Positions 13,301 through 25,300 of a stretch of DNA of 64,000 nt are shown here, one piece after another (the stretch's first letter is position 1; every line of letters begins with the position of its first letter). The position numbers and the translations under genes were made by a program. Location: positions 39,742 to 103,741 of the forward strand of contig JAQGDQ010000346.1 of NCBI GenBank assembly GCA_030141605.1, written 5' to 3'. The stretch comes from Tubiluchus corallicola (taxonomy: Eukaryota; Animalia; Priapulida). The notes under the pieces are model-generated. The model ran no database searches, was not told the origin of the DNA, and worked only from the letters and a program-made list of their open reading frames with translations.

Positions 13301-16300
13301 GGTTTGCCATTCTTACCGCGAAAAACGATAGTAAAGTAAATGTCGGTGATGATGATGGTGGTGATGATGATGACGGTGAGGAGGAAGAAGCAGAAGATGC
13401 AAAAGAAGAAAGAGATGGTAATAATAATGATGATGATGATGATGATGAGGAGGAGGAGGAGGAGGAGAAGGAGGAGGAGGAGGAGGAGGACGAGGACGAT
13501 GATGATGATGAAGATGCTGATGGTGATGGTGATGACGATGATGACGAACACTGCTTCGTCACGGTACGCGATTCCTTCAACATAGTTGTGTCCGCTTTTC
13601 ATCATCAAATTTTACTTTTAGATCTGCCGGAAGACCATTCTTGGATAAAGCTTATCTTTTTGGCTATATCCCATTTTCTAACACTTTCGTGGAATTTTCC
13701 ACCAGTATCAAAAATTCAAGCATCCGTTATTTCAATGTCGAACTACAATCTGTTTTCTGTTGATGATTTTAATACCAATTAATAAGACATTGTTATCAGC
13801 TTTCTTTGGAGCACTGAAATTGTCCATTATTTAAATAACGAATAATAATACCCACTTGTTATTCGTTTTCAAAACATTATAAAATTATAACGTTTGCTTC
13901 TTGCATGTAATGTGCAACAGAAACAAGGTGGGTCTACTTGTTGTCCTTTCAGTGCTGAAACTACTCGCGACTTCACCGTAACATCATGTTATCGGTGGCC
14001 TCTGTAACTATAAAACTCTAACTACCTGTTGCTTACAAATGTATTGCCCCAGATTATGAAAAACTTTCGCACGTTTAACACGCGATTGTTATTTTAAAAA
14101 GTTATGCTACAGACGCAACGTACGCGTTACAACAACAAAACAAACATCAAATTTTAATGTTGAGATTGTTAGAAATAATGAATTAACTTCTTTTATAAAT
14201 TCTACATGAAGCGTTGAAGCGTTGAGTTATGTTTAGAGCACAGTGAGGCAAACCAAATTCATAGAAAATGTGAATAACTTGTTTTAGACTAATAACTGTA
14301 GGCCTAATTTACGAGCTCCAGCTTAATTGTTTTAGTCTTTTAGATTTGCAATGTCATATTAAATCGCGCTACAATGCTAAAATGTTTGTTCACTTGCATT
14401 TGTCAATTTAGTTTAAATGATATTCATATAAAGACTTCTAGTATCTGCCGCGGCATCCTTTTAGGTAAATGATAATTTCTTGCTAGAAATGAATATGCTT
14501 TGTTCAGTGTGGAGTAAAGTGACAGCTGTCGTTTCAAAAGATGCCCGTCTCTAGGCAAATTCCAAGTCATCTCAAATACAGTACGAACTCCCATCTGGCT
14601 TGAAACAGATTTGCTGATTATACGTGAAAGATAAACAAAAAATGTTGACTTCTTCTTGAAATGAGCCGTGGTTCTGAATCTCTTGTAAGACAACTACCAG
14701 CAAAAGCATTTTATGCGATTTTCTTAAGTAAACATGCTGATGTAAAGCTTAGTTAATTTGCGGCAACGTGGAAAAGGGACTTCTTCAAAAAATTTTAGCT
14801 GTATTCTTAATAATGGCTGTAAAAATTACCGCTTGTGTGTCCTATTCACGGAATGAAACGTCTCGATTATATGTCACCTATACTATAGTTTTGTTATAGT
14901 TAAAACCTATACTCTCCATCAGTCGGTTTCATTCAAAGCAGCAGCTACGCTTTTAGATTACTATCTAAAATATTAATATTACCATTACTATTTAAAATCT
15001 GTCAAACAACAAGTTATTGCGAACCAAATTATTGCGAACCGATTATATCATCATCTAATATTAGTAAATAAAAACAAACTTCGAAGAAAACAAACATTTT
15101 GTGCGCAAATCCCATGCAGTAATTTTGCACAAATGTTTATCGTTCCTATATTTACTGAAATCTAGAAAATGCAGAAAATCATCAAATACCGCAGAAAGAA
15201 TTACGAACGATAAAACCCGAAGTAGATTTAAATTACCGAAAATTTAAAAACGGATTAAAATTATAATTTTAAGCTATTGAAGACCTGTCGTACGTTTTTT
15301 TACATAAGTTGCATTTTTACATTACAAAAACTTGGTTTTTTACCTAAATTTCAAATAAACCCGCTTTTGAATTTGTTAATGGATTTTATTTTAATTACAT
15401 CGTTATTAGATTTTTGCCATCTTTGTTAATTTTACAGCTCAAACATGTGGAATCAGTAGACTTAAGACTATATTTATGTGCATTGTGTATGGAATCCAAG
15501 GGTGGTCTAGCAACGATACCGAATAATTGTATTATTAAGATGTAATCGTGAGAAGAAGATCGTAATCTTTTGCCCAGGGATTTTTGGGCATGCAGTGCAC
15601 TGGTGTTGTTAGTAGCTTTGCCGTTACCAGATGGAATGCATCCCCGCAAATGCACGGATATGTTTGCACTTTCTGAAACAAAACTGCACCATATCGTCTC
15701 AAATGATTTGTTCCTGTGGAATCTGAGTCTTAATAATGCAACCAATACGACGGCTATTGATAACAACTGGCATCTCTTTATCGCTTACGTTTCGATTCAA
15801 TCTGGCATCGTCATCATCGTTAGAGAGCTTTCACACGCTAGCCAGAAACATATATTAAATTATAATCTAATTGTAACTGTAATTATTATCTAAATCTAGT
15901 TATAATTATAAATAACGTCTGTCTGATGACTAGTAAGTTTCATTCATTTTTGAGATGTTTCAGAATGGTAATTGTAATTGTCAAAATTAGTCACTAATTT
16001 TTGATAGGGAAGTTTATTTCGCATGGCTTAAATTTTAGAATGTTCTTTTCTTTTTGTTTGTTGTGCGAGTGTGTTATAATAAGTTTAACGTTATTCTCTT
16101 GTTTTTTTGCACTAGTTCACTAACGTGATTGTATCGTTAGGAACTTGAGCGCTGAACTTATACGAGAATAAATGGCAAATAAATAAATTAAATTATACTA
16201 ACGTTTAATGGATTGTAATTAACGTGTATTTCCATCTGACTTGTGAAAGTGCTTAAATTACATCGAAACTCGAGCAGTAAAGAAGTGCCATGTTGTTATC

Positions 16301-19300
16301 AGCAATAGCCGTTGTGTTGGTTGAATCTTCTTGTCTTTCATGGAACCATATATCTTTTCACCATTGTGACTGAATTCTTTCACGCAGTATTTGTATCTTC
16401 ACTATAAATTTCCTAACCAATATTTGTGAGACTGACTTCGAAAATTAGCTATAGGAGTTCATATGCTCCGTTTGACTCTGTTGATAGCTGCCATGCATCT
16501 TTTTCTTCTATTCGGATCCGATTTCCCAGTCTTATTCAATGCGAATGCTGACTTACTGACTTGTGCATTCTTGAATGATCAAGTCTGCTATTATCATTGC
16601 TTATAACTTTGCCATGTCACAGCAGGCAACGCAAATCATGTTAGTAATTAAAATCGTGATCATATTAATGCATATTACTTGTGAAAGTTAAAGCTACAGA
16701 TGAGAGCTCTCACTGGCTTGAAGTGTGGGCATCAATTAATTCGTGCCATTATGCATCTTTCAGACTCTAAACTCTAACCCTTGGTTCACACTCCCCTGTG
16801 CTCCTGCTTTGTCATGAAATTGCAGAGAATGCGTACATGCAGTCGACGACGAATTGAAAAACAGAAACTTTTTGGATTCTGGTGAAACAAGAAACGCTGT
16901 TTTCATAAGTACCTCAGAAAAAATGCTGATTCACTCGCATATTTTTTCAACTCCAAAAGCAAAAAAGTGCTTATTCAGCTGTCAGCTGAACTGAAATTTG
17001 GTAGGATAATTAGTCAGAATATAAGTGATTAATGCAAAATTGTAGCAATCCATTCTTTAATTAGTTAATTAATTAGAGCTGTTTCAACCTTGGAAATAAT
17101 CAGCATAACAACACGTAGAATCGGTCTCCAGTTCAATTTCACTTAATACATTGGACTGAGAGTTTTTTTGGACAAAGTCAACAAAAACAGTACATTGCCC
17201 GAATCTACTTCATTCAATTAAACTTAAAGTTCTTACCATATCGTTTGACAAGGATGAAATACTTGCTCAGCGTTTAAACAAAAATTCTGTCTTCAAAGAA
17301 ATCTTTCCATGTTACGTCCTTTCTTATCCTACTTAATTTCTTTAAAGGGACAACTTGTCAACTCCGAATTTGAAAAACAATGGGTCGTATGAAAAACAAT
17401 AACAATTTATTTATAGCCACTGTCATTAGAAAGTTAATTACATAATAATGTATTTATCTGGATAATTTTGGGCCTAGAGCATATTTTTAAATCATTTGCA
17501 GTTGTTTCCGGATAAAACCAAAGAAATTTTGTTGTTGAATTTAAAACCATATTTAGAATTTCGTTTATATAAAGCTGTTTGAAAATTCTCTAAACACGGA
17601 CACCATGGAAGTTAATATTTTTAAACTTAATAAGCTTAATAACATGTCAACGTAATAACTTATTATGTCCCTTGTTTACAGAATATTATATCAGCTTTAT
17701 ATAAATGAAATTCTAGAACTGTTTTTAAGTACAACAAATATCTTTTGTCATATCTGAAAACAATACCAGAGTTTAGAAACATTAATAATGGAGTATATCG
17801 ACATAAAGGTTTTAGAACATATGTTCCCTACTTGCAATCTACTTATAGGCAATTTCTAACTCATCTAGTCTGCTAAGTATTTTGCTGCAACATTATTGTA
17901 TAAAACATTTTTTAACTTAAGGTTCAGTCAGTGGAACTTCGTACTCAGATGAAAACAGACAAGCCCACGAGCCGTTCGATCTATTCAGTGCTATACCTGT
18001 CAGCAACTTGTCAGCTCCAGAGACAAATGAAAAAGGAAATGTACAAAGAAGTCACATAGCAGTATTTAAACCAGGTAACACATTTTTAGACTAGATGTAA
18101 ATTGAAGTAATACTTTCTATATTAGCTAAAATTCGTTTGCCCTGTTTCCTTTCCAGCTTTTGTTTTTCGTTCTTCTTTATATCATTCTCCTTTTTCTTTC
18201 TGCCGTTTCTACAATAAGTAATTGTCTGTTTGTCAGTCGGGTCTTTCTTTCTTTCTTATTTCATTCTTTCTTTCTCTTTCTTCTTCTTTTCGTTCGTTCA
18301 TTTTTCTTTTGTTCTTTTTTCTTATTTTTATTACTTTACCTGTCTTTTACAATATTTTTTCTATTTCTTTTTTCTTTTCGTTATTTTTCTTTTTTACTTT
18401 ACTTTGTTGTTTTCTCACTTCCTAGCGCCCATTTTGCATTTGGCAAATTTTATGTCACCCGATTTTAGGATACGTATTAGCTTTTATCTGATAGCAGTAA
18501 ATTTTAATCTTTTACGTTTTGCTTTAAATAAACTGTTTTTAACTATTGATATGTGCCTTGAAATTGGTACTTAAGTTGTGATTTAGTAAACAAAATATGG
18601 TTTAGAAATTAAAAGATTCTACATGCAATAACTATGGTTTTATGAGTGACATTTTTATTTATGATGCCAGATGACGAGCAGAAGAATGAAAACATTACAA
18701 GGGAAAACATGGATTCTAAGGGACCAAACAGAAACGGGAAGTCTGAGAAAGAAGGTGACGTTTTACAGAAAGAGTCTAATCAAAGCAATAATCAAAAAGA
18801 CCAGTTACCGAAGGAGTTAAAAGATTTTTTTTCATCAGAAGGTACCAAAGAAACCTTTCAGAAACTAACCTATCTGTTGAATATGATAGAGAACAGCGAT
18901 CTTGAACAGGACATCGGTGAAAGAAAACTCCTGAGTAGAAAGATGCGGGCGACTACAGGAAAGGACAGACCTGAGCATCTGCCTCATCGAGAACGTCTCA
19001 CCAAGTTCTTACTAGATGGTTATAACAGAAACGTCATGCCTCTTGAGAAGCCTGGTGATGTATTAAACGTCATCTTTGATATGACGTTTACCAACCTAAT
19101 TGATGTGGTAAGAATGCAGCGTGTACTCTGTGTTTTGCAAATACAGGGTGTTCCAAAAGAAGCAGTGTCGGTAGAACTACGACAAATATGACAAAATAAG
19201 CTTGGCTTTCTGCATTATGACATCGTAATGGCCTTGAAAATAATGTTATATTTTTTCATCAGTGTTTCAATTTTATTATCGTTGACATTAGCACAGCTTA

Positions 19301-22300
19301 GCTTTCTGTGCTGTGATATTGGCATACTGTTAGCGTTAAGCTCGTTAGTGTACTTTTTCTTTTGGAACGCTCAGTGTTAGTCCTAATTTGAATGCCTTAG
19401 ACTTCAGAAATAAGGATCATATCAGGTGCAGGCTTAACGTGAAGAGCATCAAGGTCATAAGTAAATGCTCCACTTGAACTTTAACCGCAGTGTCTTCGAT
19501 CATGTCTACAATTAATTCACAAATTTGTTAGCATTAGTTTTTATAAAATTATAAACTATAAAAACGTATATATATTTATAATTTATAACTTTATAAAAAC
19601 TAATGCTAACAAATTTATATATGTATAATTATATAATTTATAAATTATATAAAGTCAACTACTGAGAAAGTCTTCAAAATAATGTTATTATCGGTTTAAG
19701 GACTTTTTATTCTCCAAACTTGGCACTTTTGATTTTACTGTAGCTCCTGCAACTTGTTTGCTCCAAATTCTCATACGAACACCTTGGTACGTGTTGGGAG
19801 TTTGTATTAAAAATGCACAGTACATCATGCAACTTATTTAAAATAGGCCATTAAAAACTTCGCGTTTATGCTCACTGTTTGCTGTTTGTACCCATTTCAC
19901 CTGATTTTTGACATACAGTATTACTGTTAGCAGAATTTTTTGTTTAATTTGTTTTCATTTGCTTACTGTTTATGTAGAACGAAGTTGAGCAGTCAATTGA
20001 AACAGGCAAATGGATAGAAATGGTAAATATTATAGTGTTATTATTATTATATAGTGTTCTTCCTCGTAAGCAAGGCTGGCAGAACGGTATCGTACGAAAG
20101 AAATACCGTACTTCGCGCCTCTAAAAATATCGTACCCCAATTCTGTACCATACCTACAAAATCGAATCGTACCGTAATAGTACGATATAATATCGTGCCG
20201 TAATTCCGTACCAAGTGCAACTGTTTACTATAAAAATATAGAGTGGCATAAAAAGTAATTGCAAAAACAATAAGTTTATCAGTTATTCTTACGAATTTTT
20301 GCGTACTGTGAAAACAGAACTGCTGTTCGAACTTCCATACTATTTATTTTAGGTTACAAAAGTTACACGAAATTCTATACGAGATATAAACTTATTTTCA
20401 GTTACTTTTTCTTAGTGAATAATTTTGTGGCAGGCACGTCGAGTTACTGTCATTAACTAGATTTTACTGGTTGTCTTAAATTACGTGCTCACTAGTGACA
20501 AACTTTTGATGATGATTCAAATTTAATGTCTTGCCTAAAGCATTTGTTACTACGCCACGGAGGCTGCGCTGGTAATAACGTGTTGGAAAAAAGGTGCTAT
20601 TTTTTACCGTGCCATTTTTACCTGTGTCATTTTTACAGGGCAGGGCAGTACATTCCCACACAATTATCATAGCAGTTAGAACAGCAGTATAACATGAATA
20701 GGTGTCAAACCTGGTAAACAATATGCCTAGTTTGTTTATTTACAACAACAAAGATGAGTTAATTTACAGGAAATGACAATCGGCGCTTCTAAACAACTTG
20801 CCACTTCTGCATCCTAAACAAACCAATCTAGCGGTTTTGTTTGCGTGTGCTCTGTGCTAATTAGGGGAGAACAATACGTCCCCAATCTTGAGGCTAAACA
20901 AGTCGTCATGCTGAGCTGCTGACCAATGAAAACGTTACAAAAAGATGAGTAAAATAGTACGGAAAAGGTACGATAAAGGAACAGAAAAGGTACGAAAAAA
21001 ATACCGTAATTTTGTATCGTATCGTACTGTTAAAAAAATGCCGTACCATAATTCCGCACCGTACGTTTAAGAGTTTTTTTTTCATACCGTACCGTACTGT
21101 ACTGCCTGCCTTGCTCTCAAGCAGAATGTTTTAATGCTTATGAAATGAAACTTAGTCATACCAAAATCAAAAGGCATCAAGAAAGACATGTTTCTTTCTG
21201 AAATTCTTAATACATGGAAATGAATGTTGGGAATAGCGGAAAACTCCCACCCCTGACACCAATTCTAATCAGCTTAGAAAATAAAAATTATTTCGTCTCG
21301 TACATTTGCCATGGTTGTGGTTCGACACAGCGCTTGGTTGGTATTTAGATATTCCGTGGATATTAGATCTATTCCATTTAGATGCCAGATCTACAGAGTA
21401 TTCTGGAAGGAACAGTGAAGTAGAGATATGATTATTTGCTGAAATATGCTGATCGAATAGAACCGAAAAGTTACCATGGACTTCTGGATTATTACAACAT
21501 AATAACGTAGAAAAATGAAAAGAAATTGCATTTGCATTAGGTCTATTCCAATTTCCTTGCTGCATAACTTATTTTTGTACATACTAACATAAGCTAACGT
21601 AACATGTTTCTACTACATTATTTATCAAATGGTGTTCCATATGCTATTTGATGGGATGAAACCTAATCCCTTGTTAGATAATCATTATTGCTACGTAATA
21701 ACAAATTTATTATGCTGACAGCAATCGTGATTAATTTGAATGAAAATAGAAACTTTCGCATTTCCCCATACATGCCCCAGTGAGCAGTTTACTAAAATTA
21801 ATACATACCCCGGCGAGCAATTTTCCGTCCAAACAAAATAAAAACTAATATTAGTAGAAAGCATTAAGTGCATTTGAAATTCAGGAACAATATTCATGAA
21901 ACTAAAATATATAGGCATAGATTAAGCTCAGCTGGCGATAAGCATATTACGAAAGTAATTGATAATACTTACATATGCATACCTTGGCTTGAAAATTAAA
22001 CACACAACGCAGGCAATTAGCGCTAATAGCAATGCAAAATGGCATTTTGTAAACGTATTATTACGTTATTAATTATCTTCATAGAAATCGCTCTAATTTT
22101 ATCAAACATGGTATTAGCCGTATCTATGTTGAAAAGTAATTAGCACGAGTTTTATATTTTTATATTGGATTAGTTAAGTCATTATGACTTAGATGCAGTC
22201 GACAATTTTTTATAGAATTTTCTGTGCATTTATGACCAATTTTAAAATGTACCTTTATTTAAATTTTTAATTGAAAACGTTTAGCAAGTCTTCTACAAAC

Positions 22301-25300
22301 TAGCTGTTTACAAACATTTCTTTAGTTCTGGAACGACTACAGGCTAAAGTGGAACCCGTCTTACTACGGAGGTGTCGATGCCACTGTTTTACCAGTAAAT
22401 GAAGTCTGGATTCCTGATATTGTTTTACTTAACAGGTAATTTGTACATGCTAATACTGCTATTACTTCGGCAGCCAAAGGTCATTTTTGGTGGAACCTTG
22501 CACTTTCCGTGTAAGTTTTTTCTCAAAAGTTTTCTCATGTTCTAATTGTCTAATTGTCCCTTTTAAGAATATTGAAGGTGCCCATTTGTCAGCCTTGAGC
22601 ATTTCGAGGTATTGGACTGAAAGAGTTACAATGGAAGAAACGTGTTCTGTGACATATCATAATTATTATGATTAGACAAATTAAACTGCTATTGACATAT
22701 AATTCAATAATTGATATCTAATTTTGACGTGCAGAATTTAAAAATTGGGCTACAATACGAGCAGTAACTCAGTTGTGGGAGCAATGATATAATATGGATA
22801 AAGAAACTGTTACCTAGTAATTTAAATAAGTAATGAAATCTTAAGTTTAGTAGATTAAGAAAAGACTAATACATGAATCATTGAAGAAAGACAACTATGT
22901 GTTAATTAGATTCTTGATTCTCCAACTCAATTTTCAATGGAGTGTATAAAACTCAATCATTTTTTCTTTGTTTTAATATCCTTTAAGTTAAAAATATTAA
23001 ATTTAGTTTGCTTAGTGTTCTCGTTTGCACCATTATGGCAGTTTTAATTTGTTATAGTACGTACTTATCTTTCTCTAGTGTAACACTTTTGGTCCAGTAT
23101 CTCAAATTGCTCAAGGGTGGCACAGGGCCACCCTTAATATTCTTAAATAGGACCATCAGAACATCACAAAACCACTGAGAAAAACTTACACAGAAAATGC
23201 AAGGTTCACCAAACCGACTATATATAATATGAGCTTTCACTATTTTCACACGGCAAGTGTAAACCGTGTCGAAAAGCATTTACCTTGTGAAGGGTATTTG
23301 TCGGTTGGGATTAATAAACTTTGTAAAGATTTCAAAGAAACGCAGCAGCATTTTCCTTACTTAATTAAGTGATTAGTCTTTAAATACATTACACCTCAAT
23401 AAGGTATTTACTTCCAGCCTTTTTTTTACATTTGTCTAATCATAATAATTATGGTATGTCACAGAAGACGTTTCTTCCATTGTAACTCTTTCAGTCCAAT
23501 ATCTCGAAATGCTCTAGGCTGACAAATGGGCACCTTCAATATTCTTAAAAGGGACAATTAGAGCATGAGAAAACTTTTGAGAAAAAACTTACACGGAAAG
23601 TGCAAGGTTAAAATAATCGCATGTTTTATGCGTGGCGTGCAAGCGAATTATTAAACACATATGTTAATGTAATCAGTTCATCTCGGAGTCTTCATGTCGG
23701 TCTGACAATATGCTAAACAAAGAGTTTATTCATTTTCCATTTCATTCTATTTTACGAATTTCATTCCCTGCTCATAAAAATTCTCAATATTCTTTATATG
23801 ATTTGTCGTGAAATGTCGGAATCTGCATTAACTGCAGACTCCGGCATCTCACGCTTAATTAACTGTTAGGTTTAAATTTTTACTGTTGAAACTTCTTCGT
23901 CTTCCTTGACGCATCAAAGCGCGTCCTTCGTACGTACACTATAGGTAATGTAGGCACACTATACGTACAAAAATAAGTAGTGCATATAAACCTGGATGTA
24001 CAGTAAATTGTTACATTGTGCTTAACATTTTGAACTTAGAAGCTTCTTATGAATCTATGGTTGTTTAGATCTTATAGACCTTGGCCAGTTTGCCTTTGTC
24101 AAATATGGTAGAACTGCTGTCCATTTTGTCTTATGTTATGTATGTATGTCAGTTTAGAATGTGAGTTTACTAGTGTTCAAGTTAGTTATTTCATTTATTT
24201 GTACTAGTTCATCATGTAATTCATTAGCTTATTTTTGTTAGCAACTTAGCGATTTGAGTAGACCTCTTATTATCTAGGGGCAATTTAGAATCCCATTTGG
24301 TTTAGTGGGCAGATATTTAGTATTACTGATTTTATGTAATTTCGCTCGTCCCACTGTCTGTTAGTGTTTAGTAATTTGTTTTCGTTAATAAACTTGTTCT
24401 AGTCATGTACATTTAAAATCTCTTTTCATAATAGCATTTAGTTCACAGTAACTGAATCAGCTTCACAGATTTCGGTCGACAGTTTGGCTCCTGAGCTATT
24501 TCTCATTATTCAGCTTCAGTAAAAACGACGAGTGCAAAACATTTATGTTCCTCCATTTTTTCCTCTGCCATATCTTACGTCAATTGACTGATTTTCATTT
24601 AGTTTTGCGCTCGATTTTGTATAATCTCCAACTATACTCGAGACTGTGTGTCAGTTCACCCGTAATGTAAAAAAGTCAGACAGATGCACCACCTTTTCGT
24701 TGACCTTGTTTTGATGGAATCAACTAACAATTATAAAGTCTATTGAAACAAAATGTGACCTCAAACGAGGAAATGTGGAAAATCTTGGATTATTCTAGGA
24801 AACGTCTGGACTACAATAAAAGCACAGTCACACGCGGATTTACATTACACCATGCTATAAAACTAAATTCATTAAAACAATAATGTATATCATACAAATT
24901 TCATTTAAGTGATGAAACACTTCAAGCATAAAAATTTGTGTTGAGGATGTGTTATGAAATTAATAGTAAAAACATAAAATATCACCTCTCCAATTCTGTC
25001 GCGACTTTTTCACATTTCCTTTCTTCCGGGCAAATTGGCTTCAACATAATAATATGATGATCGCCTTTAGGTCACCTATATATATTAATGATACTAACAT
25101 TTAATGAGATCACTATCACTATCACTATCAGAAGTTTCATATGCAATAAACTGTTAGAAATCATAACACGCTGTGTGTAAGTTTGTATTTGACTAAAACC
25201 AAAATTGTGAATGATTAATGGCTACTTTTTTATTTAGTATAACATCGTCACCAGTGGCTACAGGTGTGATTCAGTTTCTGACAGTGAGTTATGTAGGCAA

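Noticed and set aside
13119-13608. Poly-Ser, poly-Leu and poly-Arg ORFs
   Set aside because: Products of a trinucleotide microsatellite read in several frames.
15395-15893. ORFs with signal-peptide-like starts as receptor exon 1
   Set aside because: No phase-1 GT donor after the hydrophobic stretch; part of a repeat pair; 7283-7343 fits better.
18160-18574. Three overlapping Phe/Leu-rich membrane-like ORFs
   Set aside because: T-rich low-complexity sequence inside the intron 18075-18670.
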